Virus record (IMG/VR): IMGVR_UViG_3300032820_000002 | Reading direction: 5' to 3' (one strand) | From: an uncultured virus (IMG/VR IMGVR_UViG_3300032820_000002) | Taxonomy: Duplodnaviria; Heunggongvirae; Uroviricota; Caudoviricetes | Length of the DNA stretch: 64,000 nt | Shown: piece by piece, positions 1-8,626 of the stretch | Layout: each line of letters starts with the position of its first letter | Position numbering within the stretch: the first letter of the stretch is position 1 | The notes under the pieces: model-generated | What the model saw: only the letters and a program-made list of their open reading frames with translations | The model's database searches: none | Told to the model about the DNA's origin: nothing | Program-made: the position numbers and the translations under genes

Positions 1-2
1 CA

Positions 3-146
3 CAAAACATAGTTGAAGAAATATCTACTGAATTAGATATTGCGCAATTTGAAAGTGTTGACCAAATAGTAGCTGGAGAAATTTCTGCTATTGAATCTGA
101 TTCTTTTAATAAAACTACATTGCTAGAAATATATAACGAATTATAA
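3..146 (+). CDS. 3' end of recombination endonuclease subunit (T4 gp47 / Mre11-SbcD-like), truncated by window start
   Basis: Open frame QNIVEEISTELDIAQFESVDQIV...LLEIYNEL* ending at TAA 144-146; assignment mainly from position upstream of gp46. Confidence 0.6.
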   Translation, partial: QNIVEEISTELDIAQFESVDQIVAGEISAIESDSFNKTTLLEIYNEL

Positions 147-147
147 T

Positions 148-615
148 ATGATAGAAATCAAAGATAGTGTAAATGATTTTTTTAAATGGGTTAAAGGTTC
201 CAAGCTAGTTGAACTTAACAACATAGATGTATCAGAGGATCCTGTAAGACCGGAATTAACATTAAGTTTTAGAATTACACACGGTAGAAAAATATTTGGA
301 CTAAAATATAATAATGAAATTGAATCAATTGCTTGCGTTGCAATATGTCCTGAAATACCATATACGGTTAGAGAAATGGATTATATGTCAAGAATAGGTG
401 GTAAAATTGTAATAGCATATACGATATGGTCAAGAAAAAAAGGTGCAGGTAAAGAAATTGTTAAAAAAATAAACAAGTGGACAATAGAAAACAAGTATGA
501 AAGATTAGTAACATTGTCTCCATTAACACCGATGGCTACTCATTTTCATATTAGCAACGGTGCAAAACAAGTCCATATTAATGACGAAACTCAAAATTTT
601 GAATATACATTATGA
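148..615 (+). CDS. Small GNAT-fold protein resembling the malonyl-CoA decarboxylase C-terminal domain
   Basis: Motifs IAYTIWS..KGAGKEIV, LVTLSP and ATHFHISNGA resemble MCD motifs (FYSIS, TLSP, ARFHLGNGA). Confidence 0.55.
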   Translation: MIEIKDSVNDFFKWVKGSKLVELNNIDVSEDPVRPELTLSFRITHGRKIFGLKYNNEIESIACVAICPEIPYTVREMDYMSRIGGKIVIAYTIWSRKKGAGKEIVKKINKWTIENKYERLVTLSPLTPMATHFHISNGAKQVHINDETQNFEYTL

Positions 616-2384
616 TAGAAATTAAAGATCTTACTGTTAAAAACTTTATGAGCGTGGGTAATCAAACTCAAGCTATTGATTTTAATAAAGATCAACTAAC
701 GTTAGTGCTTGGCGAAAACTTGGATCAAGGAGGTGACGATACAGGAAGTCGTAACGGTACAGGAAAAACAACTATTATTAATGCATTAAGTTATGCCTTG
801 TACGGCCAAGCACTAACAAACATTAAGCGTAACAACCTTATTAATAAAACTAATGGTAAGGGGATGTTAGTTACGCTACATTTTGCAATAGAAGGAATAA
901 CTTATAGAATTGAACGAGGACGCGGACCCAACTTACTTAAATTTTTTATTAATAATCAAGAACAAGAGTTAATTGATGAATCACAAGGGGATAGTCGAAA
1001 AACTCAAGAAGATATTAATAAAATAATATCAATGTCTCATGATATGTTTAAGCATATTCTTGCTTTAAACACTTATACTGAACCTTTTTTAAGTATGCGT
1101 ACAAATGATCAGAAAGATATTATAGAACAATTATTAGGTATTACTATACTTTCTGAAAAAGCAGAAAAACTTAAAGACCAACTTCGTATTACTAAAGAAA
1201 CAATTACAGAAGAAAAAATAAAAATAAATGCAATAGAAACAGCTAATTCAAAAATTGAAGCTACTATTAAAAATTTACAAACTACCCAAAAAGCCTGGCT
1301 ATCAAAAAAATCTGAAGATATTAAAAAATTACAATCAGGTATTAATGAATTAGAACAATTAGATGTTGATGCAGAATTAAATTTTCATGAAAAATTAGGA
1401 AAATGGTCTGAACATAATAATAAAATTACAGCTCTTAAAAAAGAATTAAGCACACTAGAGCCTGCACTACAACGTGCTGACAAGTCTGTTGATAAAGTGT
1501 CTAAAGATATCGCAGGATTAGATAATGCAATATGTTATGCATGCGGACAAGAACTTCATGATGATAAAAAAGAAGAAATTTTATCTAAAAAAACTAAAGA
1601 ACTAGACGATGCAAAATTATATGCTCAAGAAATTAACGTAAAACTGTCTACTGTTGTATTAGACTTAGAAGAAATTGGCGACATTAATAAAAAACCAAAT
1701 ACTTTTTATGAAAGTATTAAAGAAGCATATGATCATCGGAGCAATGTTGATAATCTTAAACAATCTTTATTAAACAAAGAAGAAGAACAAGATCCGTATG
1801 AAAAACAGATAGAAGAATTAAAAACTGAAGCAATACAAGAAATTGATTGGGCAATTATAAACGAGCTTGATCTATTTAAAGAACATCAAGAATTTTTATT
1901 TAAACTTTTAACAAATAAAGATAGCTTTATTCGAAAGAAAATTATTGAACAAAATTTATCTTATTTAAATAATAGACTTGCTGGTTATCTTAATAAATTA
2001 GGTTTGGCACACCAAGTTTTATTTCTTAATGACTTAAATGTTGCAATTACGCAATTTGGACAAGATTTAGATTTTGATAATTTGTCACGAGGTGAACGGA
2101 ATCGATTAATTCTAGGATTAAGTTTTGCTTTCCGTGATGTCTGGGAAAGTTTATATCAACATATTAATTTATTGTTTATTGATGAATTAATCGATTCTGG
2201 AATGGATGCAGCAGGAGTTGAACACTCGTTGGCTGTACTTAAAAAAATGGGGCGCGAAAGAAAGAAAAATGTATTTTTAATTTCACATAAAGACGAACTA
2301 ATAGGAAGGGTTAATCATGTTATGAAAGTTATAAAAGAAAACGGCTTTACAAATTATGAAAATGATATAGAGATTATAGAATAA
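612..2384 (+). CDS. gp46: Recombination endonuclease ATPase subunit (T4 gp46 / Rad50-SbcC)
   Basis: Walker A RNGTGKT, coiled coil with CYAC zinc hook, signature LSRGE, Walker B LLFIDE, ISH motif. Confidence 0.95.
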   Translation: MIEIKDLTVKNFMSVGNQTQAIDFNKDQLTLVLGENLDQGGDDTGSRNGTGKTTIINALSYALYGQALTNIKRNNLINKTNGKGMLVTLHFAIEGITYRIERGRGPNLLKFFINNQEQELIDESQGDSRKTQEDINKIISMSHDMFKHILALNTYTEPFLSMRTNDQKDIIEQLLGITILSEKAEKLKDQLRITKETITEEKIKINAIETANSKIEATIKNLQTTQKAWLSKKSEDIKKLQSGINELEQLDVDAELNFHEKLGKWSEHNNKITALKKELSTLEPALQRADKSVDKVSKDIAGLDNAICYACGQELHDDKKEEILSKKTKELDDAKLYAQEINVKLSTVVLDLEEIGDINKKPNTFYESIKEAYDHRSNVDNLKQSLLNKEEEQDPYEKQIEELKTEAIQEIDWAIINELDLFKEHQEFLFKLLTNKDSFIRKKIIEQNLSYLNNRLAGYLNKLGLAHQVLFLNDLNVAITQFGQDLDFDNLSRGERNRLILGLSFAFRDVWESLYQHINLLFIDELIDSGMDAAGVEHSLAVLKKMGRERKKNVFLISHKDELIGRVNHVMKVIKENGFTNYENDIEIIE

Positions 2385-2590
2385 TGATTGAAGACGACAC
2401 ACATGATCTTCTTACTAAAGCATACTTAGAATATTTTAAAGCAAATGATGCTTTTGAATCTAGATTTTCACATCGAACTCATGCTGCAAGTCGAAAATGG
2501 TTACGAGAAATACGTAGACTTGCTAAAATTCGAATGGAAGAAATACACGCAACATATAAAATCAAGAAAGAGACTAAAAGAAATAGGTAG
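2384..2590 (+). CDS. Small basic helical protein, possibly histone-H1/Hc1-like DNA-binding
   Basis: 68 aa, coupled to gp46 stop (TAATG); Arg/Lys-rich AASRKWLREIRRLAK. Confidence 0.5.
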   Translation: MIEDDTHDLLTKAYLEYFKANDAFESRFSHRTHAASRKWLREIRRLAKIRMEEIHATYKIKKETKRNR

Positions 2591-2603
2591 CGGTAAGTAC
2601 CAT

Positions 2604-3026
2604 ATGCATTGGACTTATAGGGGTAAATCAGTAAACGAATTACCTGAAGAATGCGAAGGCTTTGTTTATCTAATTACAAATCTTACCAACAATAAAAAAT
2701 ATGTAGGCAAAAAACTAGCAAAGTTTAAAACAAGCAAACCACCTCTTAAAGGTAAAATAAATCGAAGGCGTGGATACAAAGAAAGTGACTGGAAAGACTA
2801 TTGGGGTTCTAGTGATCATTTAAATGCAGATGTTTTAAAATTAGGCAAAAACAATTTTACTAGAGAAATTTTACATTATTGTCCTAGCAGAGGCGTTTTA
2901 AGTTATCTAGAGGCAAAGGAACAATTCGACCGTAAAGTATTAGAAACAGATGAATACTATAACGGTATTATTAACGTACGAGTAGGCAGTTCAAAAATTC
3001 TTACAGAACATCTAAAAAACTCATAG
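2604..3026 (+). CDS. GIY-YIG endonuclease (Seg-like)
   Basis: GFVYLITN..NKKYVGKK, YWGSS, REILH, E..EQ, YYN motifs; probable start ATG 2604 (MHWTY) rather than 2445. Confidence 0.85.
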   Translation: MHWTYRGKSVNELPEECEGFVYLITNLTNNKKYVGKKLAKFKTSKPPLKGKINRRRGYKESDWKDYWGSSDHLNADVLKLGKNNFTREILHYCPSRGVLSYLEAKEQFDRKVLETDEYYNGIINVRVGSSKILTEHLKNS

Positions 3027-3042
3027 GCAAGATACAGAACAC

Positions 3043-3320
3043 TGTTTGATCGAGGTTGCTCGATCCACCTTGAGGACATAGAATTCTATGTTCAGATGCT
3101 GGTGATGTTCAATAGGCTATATGCTCCTAAAAACCCTTTGCAGAGGAACGAAGCAAGGGATAGCGAGAATCTGCGATAGCAGTATTTTCGTAATGTCGAC
3201 GTAGGTTGGGAAAGGTCAGAGCCCGAGGAGCAAGTCAAATACCTACTTCCGATCTCGTCTATGCAAACTCACATGAAGCGAGAAGATGGAATCTAATAAC
3301 AGGTTCCGTCTGACTAAACA
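3043..3320 (+). ncRNA. Candidate large structured RNA with pseudoknot
   Basis: Non-coding, GC-enriched; at least 5 hairpins plus long-range pairs TGCTCCT/AGGAGCA, GTAGGT/ACCTAC, ATAGGC/GTCTAT; G-U pairs favour the + strand. Confidence 0.65.
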
Positions 3321-3380
3321 ATCTACATGAAACTTAACTGCTTTATTCAAATAAAAAGTGTTAGAGCAAAGCGAAAACAC

Positions 3381-3400
3381 AAATGAGCGTTAGCTCATTT
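3381..3400. terminator. Hairpin, probable bidirectional terminator
   Basis: AAATGAGC-GTTA-GCTCATTT perfect inverted repeat between convergent units. Confidence 0.55.
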
Positions 3401-3411
3401 ATAATATGTAA

Positions 3412-3612
3412 TTAATGTAAATCTGGATCACGACCAAAGCCTGCTCTTACTGTTGATGTTTTAACAATCTGATAAAAAAATTCGCCTTCCGGATCATTAC
3501 TTTTTAAATTTGCTATTGTAGGCATAATTTCTCCATAATCGTAGACATTACCCACTTCTTCTATAATTATTTGGTTAGGAATCCGCTTAAAAATTGTATA
3601 ATGTTCTTGCAT
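3412..3612 (-). CDS. Hypothetical protein (66 aa)
   Basis: Fills the gap; TTAAATA late-promoter-like motif just upstream on the minus strand. Confidence 0.6.
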   Translation of the reverse strand: MQEHYTIFKRIPNQIIIEEVGNVYDYGEIMPTIANLKSNDPEGEFFYQIVKTSTVRAGFGRDPDLH

Positions 3613-3640
3613 CGTAGAATTATTTAATTTATTTAATTCA

Positions 3641-3648
3641 TATAAATA
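3641..3648 (+). promoter_or_regulatory. T4-type late promoter TATAAATA
   Basis: Exact T4 late consensus. (N)NTAAATA also precedes genes at 6260, 10361, 15822, 17955, 20482, 28548, 37444, 44706, 45143, 60663, 63128 (+) and 60650, 63065 (-). Confidence 0.75.
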
Positions 3649-3680
3649 CTACTAGATAACTTTATGGATCATAATATACC

Positions 3681-5195
3681 ATGCAAGTAAAAGAAATTAC
3701 ACTCTACGAAGAAAAACAAAGACTAGACGAAGTATGGAATTGGGTACTAGTCGTGGCAGCGTATTTATGGCAAGGGGCTATGTTTGCAGGTGTTTCTTAT
3801 ATTACCATGGAAGGTATGACATTTATGGTTGATAAATGGCGGAAAGCAAATTTTAATCCTATTGCCGAAGCTATTCCTAATAAAATGAGAATGAAACTGC
3901 ATCTCCAAAAAGGGGATGCTGGATATGGTCGGACGGGCGTAAAGCCAAAATGGTTTCAATATAACGCATATAGTGGTAAATGGCATGAGGTCCGGCCGCC
4001 CACCAGCGTTTCGCCGTGGCGTCTTGTTAAAGGTGGAAGAGTACTCGTCGGAAACGGACTATACCTGCAGAGAGCATTGTGGGCGCAAAGCAAATTGTCT
4101 GGTTGGAAACGGATGCTTGGAATAAACACTTTTATAAACTTGAAGGGTATTAGTAAAGAAGCATGGCAAGCTGCTTATATAATGGCTAAAGCAGGCATGC
4201 AAAATGCTGGCGGGAAATATGCAGCTGGAGATGTAATTCCAGGAAAACCAGGCGTACTAGGTGATGATGGTAAAGACGGCACAGAGCGAAGAGCAAAGGT
4301 AGGAGATCCTGATGTTCGCGACGCAAGGTCAAAATATCCAGATTCTTTAGAGAAATACAAAAATTATATAAATCAAAGTAAAAAAGCAGCAGCTTGGGCA
4401 GCAGCTTCCAAATATATAGCAAAAATTGGTCCATGGCTAATGATGCTAGCGCCTTTAGGTTCTGCTTTGGGTATGGTTTATTGGGGCAGAGCTACTGCTC
4501 TAGCCTATTATGCTGAATTTGAAGAATGGGAAAAATGGAGGGATGCAGATAAAGAGACTCGAGGCCCGAAAGTGGGAATTACCTTAGAAGAATATACTGA
4601 AAGAATGATAGCTTATAGGGCAAGTATATTTGCTGTGTTTGTTGGTGGAACTGCAGGACTGGGGATATTGGGTGCAACTATGATTGTGAGTAACATAATT
4701 GGTAAAGGCCTTGGCATGGCAATCGACAAATTTACTTCAAAAGCTGACTTAGATAGCGCACTTGAAAAAGACTTTAAAAAACTTGGAAGAGCTGCAGGAC
4801 GAAATATACCAATAACGAGAGTAATAATATGGGTTGGTGCTATTGGCTTAATACCTTTATCAATGACTAGAACAGGACAAAGAGCGTTTGCATATCTTCT
4901 TACAGAATTTACATTTTTTGGAATGTTTGAAGACACTTATTGGGATAATCCAAATGGAGGCCTAAGATCAACTATAGCGACTTGGACTGACGGAGCATTT
5001 AAATTTATGCTTGAAAAATGGATTGGGGTGAATGCATACGATTGGTTTGGTAAAAATGCAATATTAAATCCAGAAGATCAATCAGCTTATCAAGCAGGAC
5101 TTAAAAATACAGAACTCCAGAACGATCTGAATAAAGGTAAGGTTCTGCCTGTAGACGAACTTGGTACCTTTTTCAAAGACAAGGCCGGTGATTAA
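3681..5195 (+). CDS. Hypothetical protein with hydrophobic helices; candidate internal/ejected virion protein
   Basis: 504 aa, late promoter upstream, N-terminus MQVKEI...RLDE followed by a hydrophobic segment; several further TM-like stretches. Confidence 0.55.
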   Translation: MQVKEITLYEEKQRLDEVWNWVLVVAAYLWQGAMFAGVSYITMEGMTFMVDKWRKANFNPIAEAIPNKMRMKLHLQKGDAGYGRTGVKPKWFQYNAYSGKWHEVRPPTSVSPWRLVKGGRVLVGNGLYLQRALWAQSKLSGWKRMLGINTFINLKGISKEAWQAAYIMAKAGMQNAGGKYAAGDVIPGKPGVLGDDGKDGTERRAKVGDPDVRDARSKYPDSLEKYKNYINQSKKAAAWAAASKYIAKIGPWLMMLAPLGSALGMVYWGRATALAYYAEFEEWEKWRDADKETRGPKVGITLEEYTERMIAYRASIFAVFVGGTAGLGILGATMIVSNIIGKGLGMAIDKFTSKADLDSALEKDFKKLGRAAGRNIPITRVIIWVGAIGLIPLSMTRTGQRAFAYLLTEFTFFGMFEDTYWDNPNGGLRSTIATWTDGAFKFMLEKWIGVNAYDWFGKNAILNPEDQSAYQAGLKNTELQNDLNKGKVLPVDELGTFFKDKAGD

Positions 5196-5196
5196 C

Positions 5197-5421
5197 TTAT
5201 AGAATAGGCATTCCTGTTTTCTTAACAGTTTCTATATTTTCTATTATTATATTACTAATAATATCCATATCTTCTAAATCTGTATCATGCAACAAAGTAT
5301 GACCATCTAAACCCCCACGCATATACCAACAGAGTTTATATACTTCGTGTTTTATTTTTTTAATAGAAGTTTCATAATCATCTGACAGTTTTGATAAGTC
5401 AGAATCAGAGACTTGGATTAA
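5197..5421 (-). CDS. Unannotated 74-codon frame, probably expressed as a -1 frameshift extension of the upstream chaperone (gp51/gpT-like)
   Basis: LIQVSDSDLSKL...KLCWYMRGGLDGH...ENIETVKKTGMPIL*; no ATG/GTG/TTG in its first 33 codons; overlaps slippery site 5430-5439. Confidence 0.7.
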   Translation of the reverse strand, partial: LIQVSDSDLSKLSDDYETSIKKIKHEVYKLCWYMRGGLDGHTLLHDTDLEDMDIISNIIIENIETVKKTGMPIL

Positions 5422-6248
5422 CGTTGATCGAAAAAATTTGAGTAATCCAGCTCGAGAGAAAGTTGATACTTATTCTCGCAACTTGCACATACTACATCTG
5501 TTGGGGGGACAGCCCAAATATTATTATTTTTTATAATTGCACTTTCTACAGCATTATAAAATTCTTTTTCACTATTTTTTAGAAAATTCAAAATATTATT
5601 ATAATCAGATTCTTTTTCTTCTTCTTCTAATACTTCAACACTTACAACACTAGTACATATTGATTTAAACTTTAATTCGCTAAGTTGATCATAAATTTTT
5701 TGTAATTCTTTAGCTTGATCGTCTTCGCTTTCAATTGTAGGAATAACTTGAACTATTTGTCTTTGAAGTTTAAAATTAATTTTATTAATTTCATTAAATT
5801 CTTTATAACTTAAAGGTGCAAGTTCAAAAGTTATATTATCTACTTTACAAGTATCTATATATTCCTGAGTTACAAAATAATCTATTATAGATTGTAAACT
5901 TATTGCATAAGTATTTTCTTCATCGCATTTTTCACAAGTTGAATCTATACTCATATTATCACCATAGCTAGCCATTCTTATAGCACTTAATATTGTATAA
6001 ATGTCTGTAGATGGAACTTCCCAAGCATTTTTAATTTCTGGAACACAATTTTGAATTATATTAACAGTAGTGTTACCACTAAACAATGCATCTGGTGTTT
6101 TAGTTGCTATCTCATCACTTGCAGTCATGCTATATATTGCTAATTCGTCTGACTTAGCTAATGCATTAGGAGGATACCATCGTCCCTTGCTAGGTAAATC
6201 TATATAGAGTTTTGGCTGTCTTTGATATTTTTCCAATATATTCGGCAT
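5418..6248 (-). CDS. Baseplate hub / tail assembly chaperone (T4 gp26-like)
   Basis: RQPKLYIDLPS, MTASDE, IRMASYG, two CxxC pairs, C-terminal NFF; divergent from tape-measure-like gene. Confidence 0.75.
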   Translation of the reverse strand: MPNILEKYQRQPKLYIDLPSKGRWYPPNALAKSDELAIYSMTASDEIATKTPDALFSGNTTVNIIQNCVPEIKNAWEVPSTDIYTILSAIRMASYGDNMSIDSTCEKCDEENTYAISLQSIIDYFVTQEYIDTCKVDNITFELAPLSYKEFNEINKINFKLQRQIVQVIPTIESEDDQAKELQKIYDQLSELKFKSICTSVVSVEVLEEEEKESDYNNILNFLKNSEKEFYNAVESAIIKNNNIWAVPPTDVVCASCENKYQLSLELDYSNFFDQR

Positions 6249-6316
6249 ACGTTTTCCTAGATAAATAGATGTATATATGCATTATTTAGTAATGTAAAAA
6301 AACCTAGGAATTTTTT

Positions 6317-8626
6317 ATGGCTGACTCAGTTGTTACTCCTGAAATGTTTGAAAAGCTGTCTAAACAGGTTGCAAGTTTAGGAACTACTATATCAAAAACA
6401 GCCGGTGCTGCACAAGGTGCTGCTACAGGCTTTCTCGGTGCGGCTACACAATTTGCTACTGGCAAACCTGCTATTTCTGATACATTAACTGCAATAGGTG
6501 GTTTTGGCAAAAATCTAGCGCCTATTGTAAAACACCTTGAAAAACAAACAGGTATGTATCAACAGCTAACAAGAAGTGGTGTACATTTTAGTGGTAAAAT
6601 GGAAGTTGCATCTGAACTAGCAGTATCTGCTGGTTTAGATATGAAGCAATTTGGTGGAGTAGTTGAACAAAATTCTGAAGTATTTGCTGCAATGGGCGGC
6701 ACCGCACAAGCCGGTGCAACAGCATTTTTTACTCAATTAGAACAACTTAGAACAAGTGAACTTGGTGGGCAAATGCGAGCTTTGGGTATTAGTTATGAAG
6801 AACAAGCCGAAAACATGGCTATGATCCAAAATTTTGAAAATATGTCAATGCGCTCAACTAAAATGACAGAGCAGGAACGAAATGCTGCAACTTTGGCATT
6901 CAGTTCTGAACTAGATCTTTTATCAAAATTAACAGGTAAACAATCTGATGAACTGAAAAAAGGCATGTCTGAAATGCAAAGGGCAGGAGACTTTAAAGCA
7001 CTCCAAATGGACATGAGCGCAGATATGGCTACGGCATTAACAACAGGTGCTGAAGAAGCAAAGGGTGCAGGCATCGGCGACTTGTTTAAAGACATGATGA
7101 TAAGAGGATTTCCAAGCAAAGATCAGTCAAAACTAGCTGCATTGTATGGAAACTCTATGGCAGTTATGACAAAAATGAAAGCGGCGCAAGATAAGGGCAA
7201 TGTTCACGAATATAATAGATTAAAAGGTCAATTAGCAGCCGCAGCAATTCAAGATCAAATGGCTAATAAAGATCTTGCTAAATTAGGAGGTACCACTGCT
7301 GTTACTCAAATTGCAGCTCAAGCAATGGCAGATAGTGGCGCATATCATACTACTTTAAGAAATATGTATGCACAAAGAGCTAGAGAACTAGGTGTTGCAA
7401 TACTAAGTGCTGAAGAAGTAGAAAAATTAGAAGCAAAAGCTAGGGCTCAAGCGGTAAAATCCCGAGACGATCAAATAACAGAAGTACCACAGCAAGTAAT
7501 AGGAGTAATGATTGAAGCCCAAAATGAAATGGTTAATATAGCAGCGACAACACAAAAAGAAGCTACTGTAAGAATTTATGAGACAGTAGCAGAAGCAATG
7601 GGCGGAACTTTAGAAAAAATTAAAATTTGGGATCCTGCTGCTGAACTAGACAAAGGTATTAATGATGCTGCTGATTGGTTTCGAAACTTCTTTCAATTAA
7701 ATGCATCACAAGGTAGACAAGCTATTGGAGAAGCTGAAGCTGTAGGCAGAGGTGACATTGCAGCTCAATTACAAAGAAATGTAGATATACAAGAAACTGC
7801 CAGGGGTTCTTCTGATCCTGCCGACATAGCAGCATCTCAAACAGCAGCGGCAGAAAATGAGAAATTAAGGAGACAACTTGGTGCAGAAAAACAAAAAATT
7901 GCAGGTCAAGAGCCTCCTGGTCAAAATCTTCCTTCTATAAGTGAGAATATTTGGGGTGATCTCAAAGTAGTTCTTCAAGCTCTCTTAGAATTATTTAAAG
8001 GCAATGGCGCCGGTAGCCAATATGGTTCACCTGGTATGTCTAGAGCAGTTAGTGATCTTAGTTCATTAGCACAAAGTTGGGGAGGTGGAACATTTAATTT
8101 AATGCACGGCGAAGAAGCAGTACTAACCAAAGGTCAACTTGCAATGATTGATTCATCTTTTAACGAATTATTTGATAGAACTTCGTCATTTTCTTCTATA
8201 GCACAGCCTAAAGATCCAAACGCCGATCTAAAAAGATTAGGTATAGCTCCTACAATGGGTGCTATGCCATCCACCGGAACTAACAGTACTGATCTTCAAG
8301 GAGCGGTAAATACAATGTCAGCGCAGGACAGGCAGCGTTATATCATGCAGAATAAAGATCTTGCTCAATTAGGAGGTACTACTAGTACTACATCCGCAGC
8401 AGCAGATGCACTAGAATCAAGCAACAGTATGTCAGATTTACTAAGAGTAATGCATGAAATGAAAGATGCTTTAGCGACAGGTGATAATGAAGGATTTAAA
8501 GAAATGAAAAACTCTTTAAATGAAATGACGAAATTAGCACAAGTTCAAAATAGAATTGCTGGAAAACATTTGAAAGTAGGTAAAGGAATGGTTGGTGATA
8601 TTTTTGCAGGAGGACCTAGAGTATGA
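6317..8626 (+). CDS. Tape-measure-like protein
   Basis: 769 aa Ala/Gly/Gln/Met-rich helical sequence with C-terminal MHGEEAVL motif; next to hub chaperone. Confidence 0.65.
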   Translation: MADSVVTPEMFEKLSKQVASLGTTISKTAGAAQGAATGFLGAATQFATGKPAISDTLTAIGGFGKNLAPIVKHLEKQTGMYQQLTRSGVHFSGKMEVASELAVSAGLDMKQFGGVVEQNSEVFAAMGGTAQAGATAFFTQLEQLRTSELGGQMRALGISYEEQAENMAMIQNFENMSMRSTKMTEQERNAATLAFSSELDLLSKLTGKQSDELKKGMSEMQRAGDFKALQMDMSADMATALTTGAEEAKGAGIGDLFKDMMIRGFPSKDQSKLAALYGNSMAVMTKMKAAQDKGNVHEYNRLKGQLAAAAIQDQMANKDLAKLGGTTAVTQIAAQAMADSGAYHTTLRNMYAQRARELGVAILSAEEVEKLEAKARAQAVKSRDDQITEVPQQVIGVMIEAQNEMVNIAATTQKEATVRIYETVAEAMGGTLEKIKIWDPAAELDKGINDAADWFRNFFQLNASQGRQAIGEAEAVGRGDIAAQLQRNVDIQETARGSSDPADIAASQTAAAENEKLRRQLGAEKQKIAGQEPPGQNLPSISENIWGDLKVVLQALLELFKGNGAGSQYGSPGMSRAVSDLSSLAQSWGGGTFNLMHGEEAVLTKGQLAMIDSSFNELFDRTSSFSSIAQPKDPNADLKRLGIAPTMGAMPSTGTNSTDLQGAVNTMSAQDRQRYIMQNKDLAQLGGTTSTTSAAADALESSNSMSDLLRVMHEMKDALATGDNEGFKEMKNSLNEMTKLAQVQNRIAGKHLKVGKGMVGDIFAGGPRV

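Noticed and set aside
2445..2603. N-terminal extension of the GIY-YIG ORF in the track
   Set aside because: Overlaps the 68-aa gene in another frame; recognisable sequence starts at ATG 2604
3027..3400. Group I intron or RNase P RNA
   Set aside because: No interrupted exon pair or canonical P/Q/R/S elements; GGGAAAGGTC and ACAGAA only loosely resemble RNase P regions and are in the wrong order
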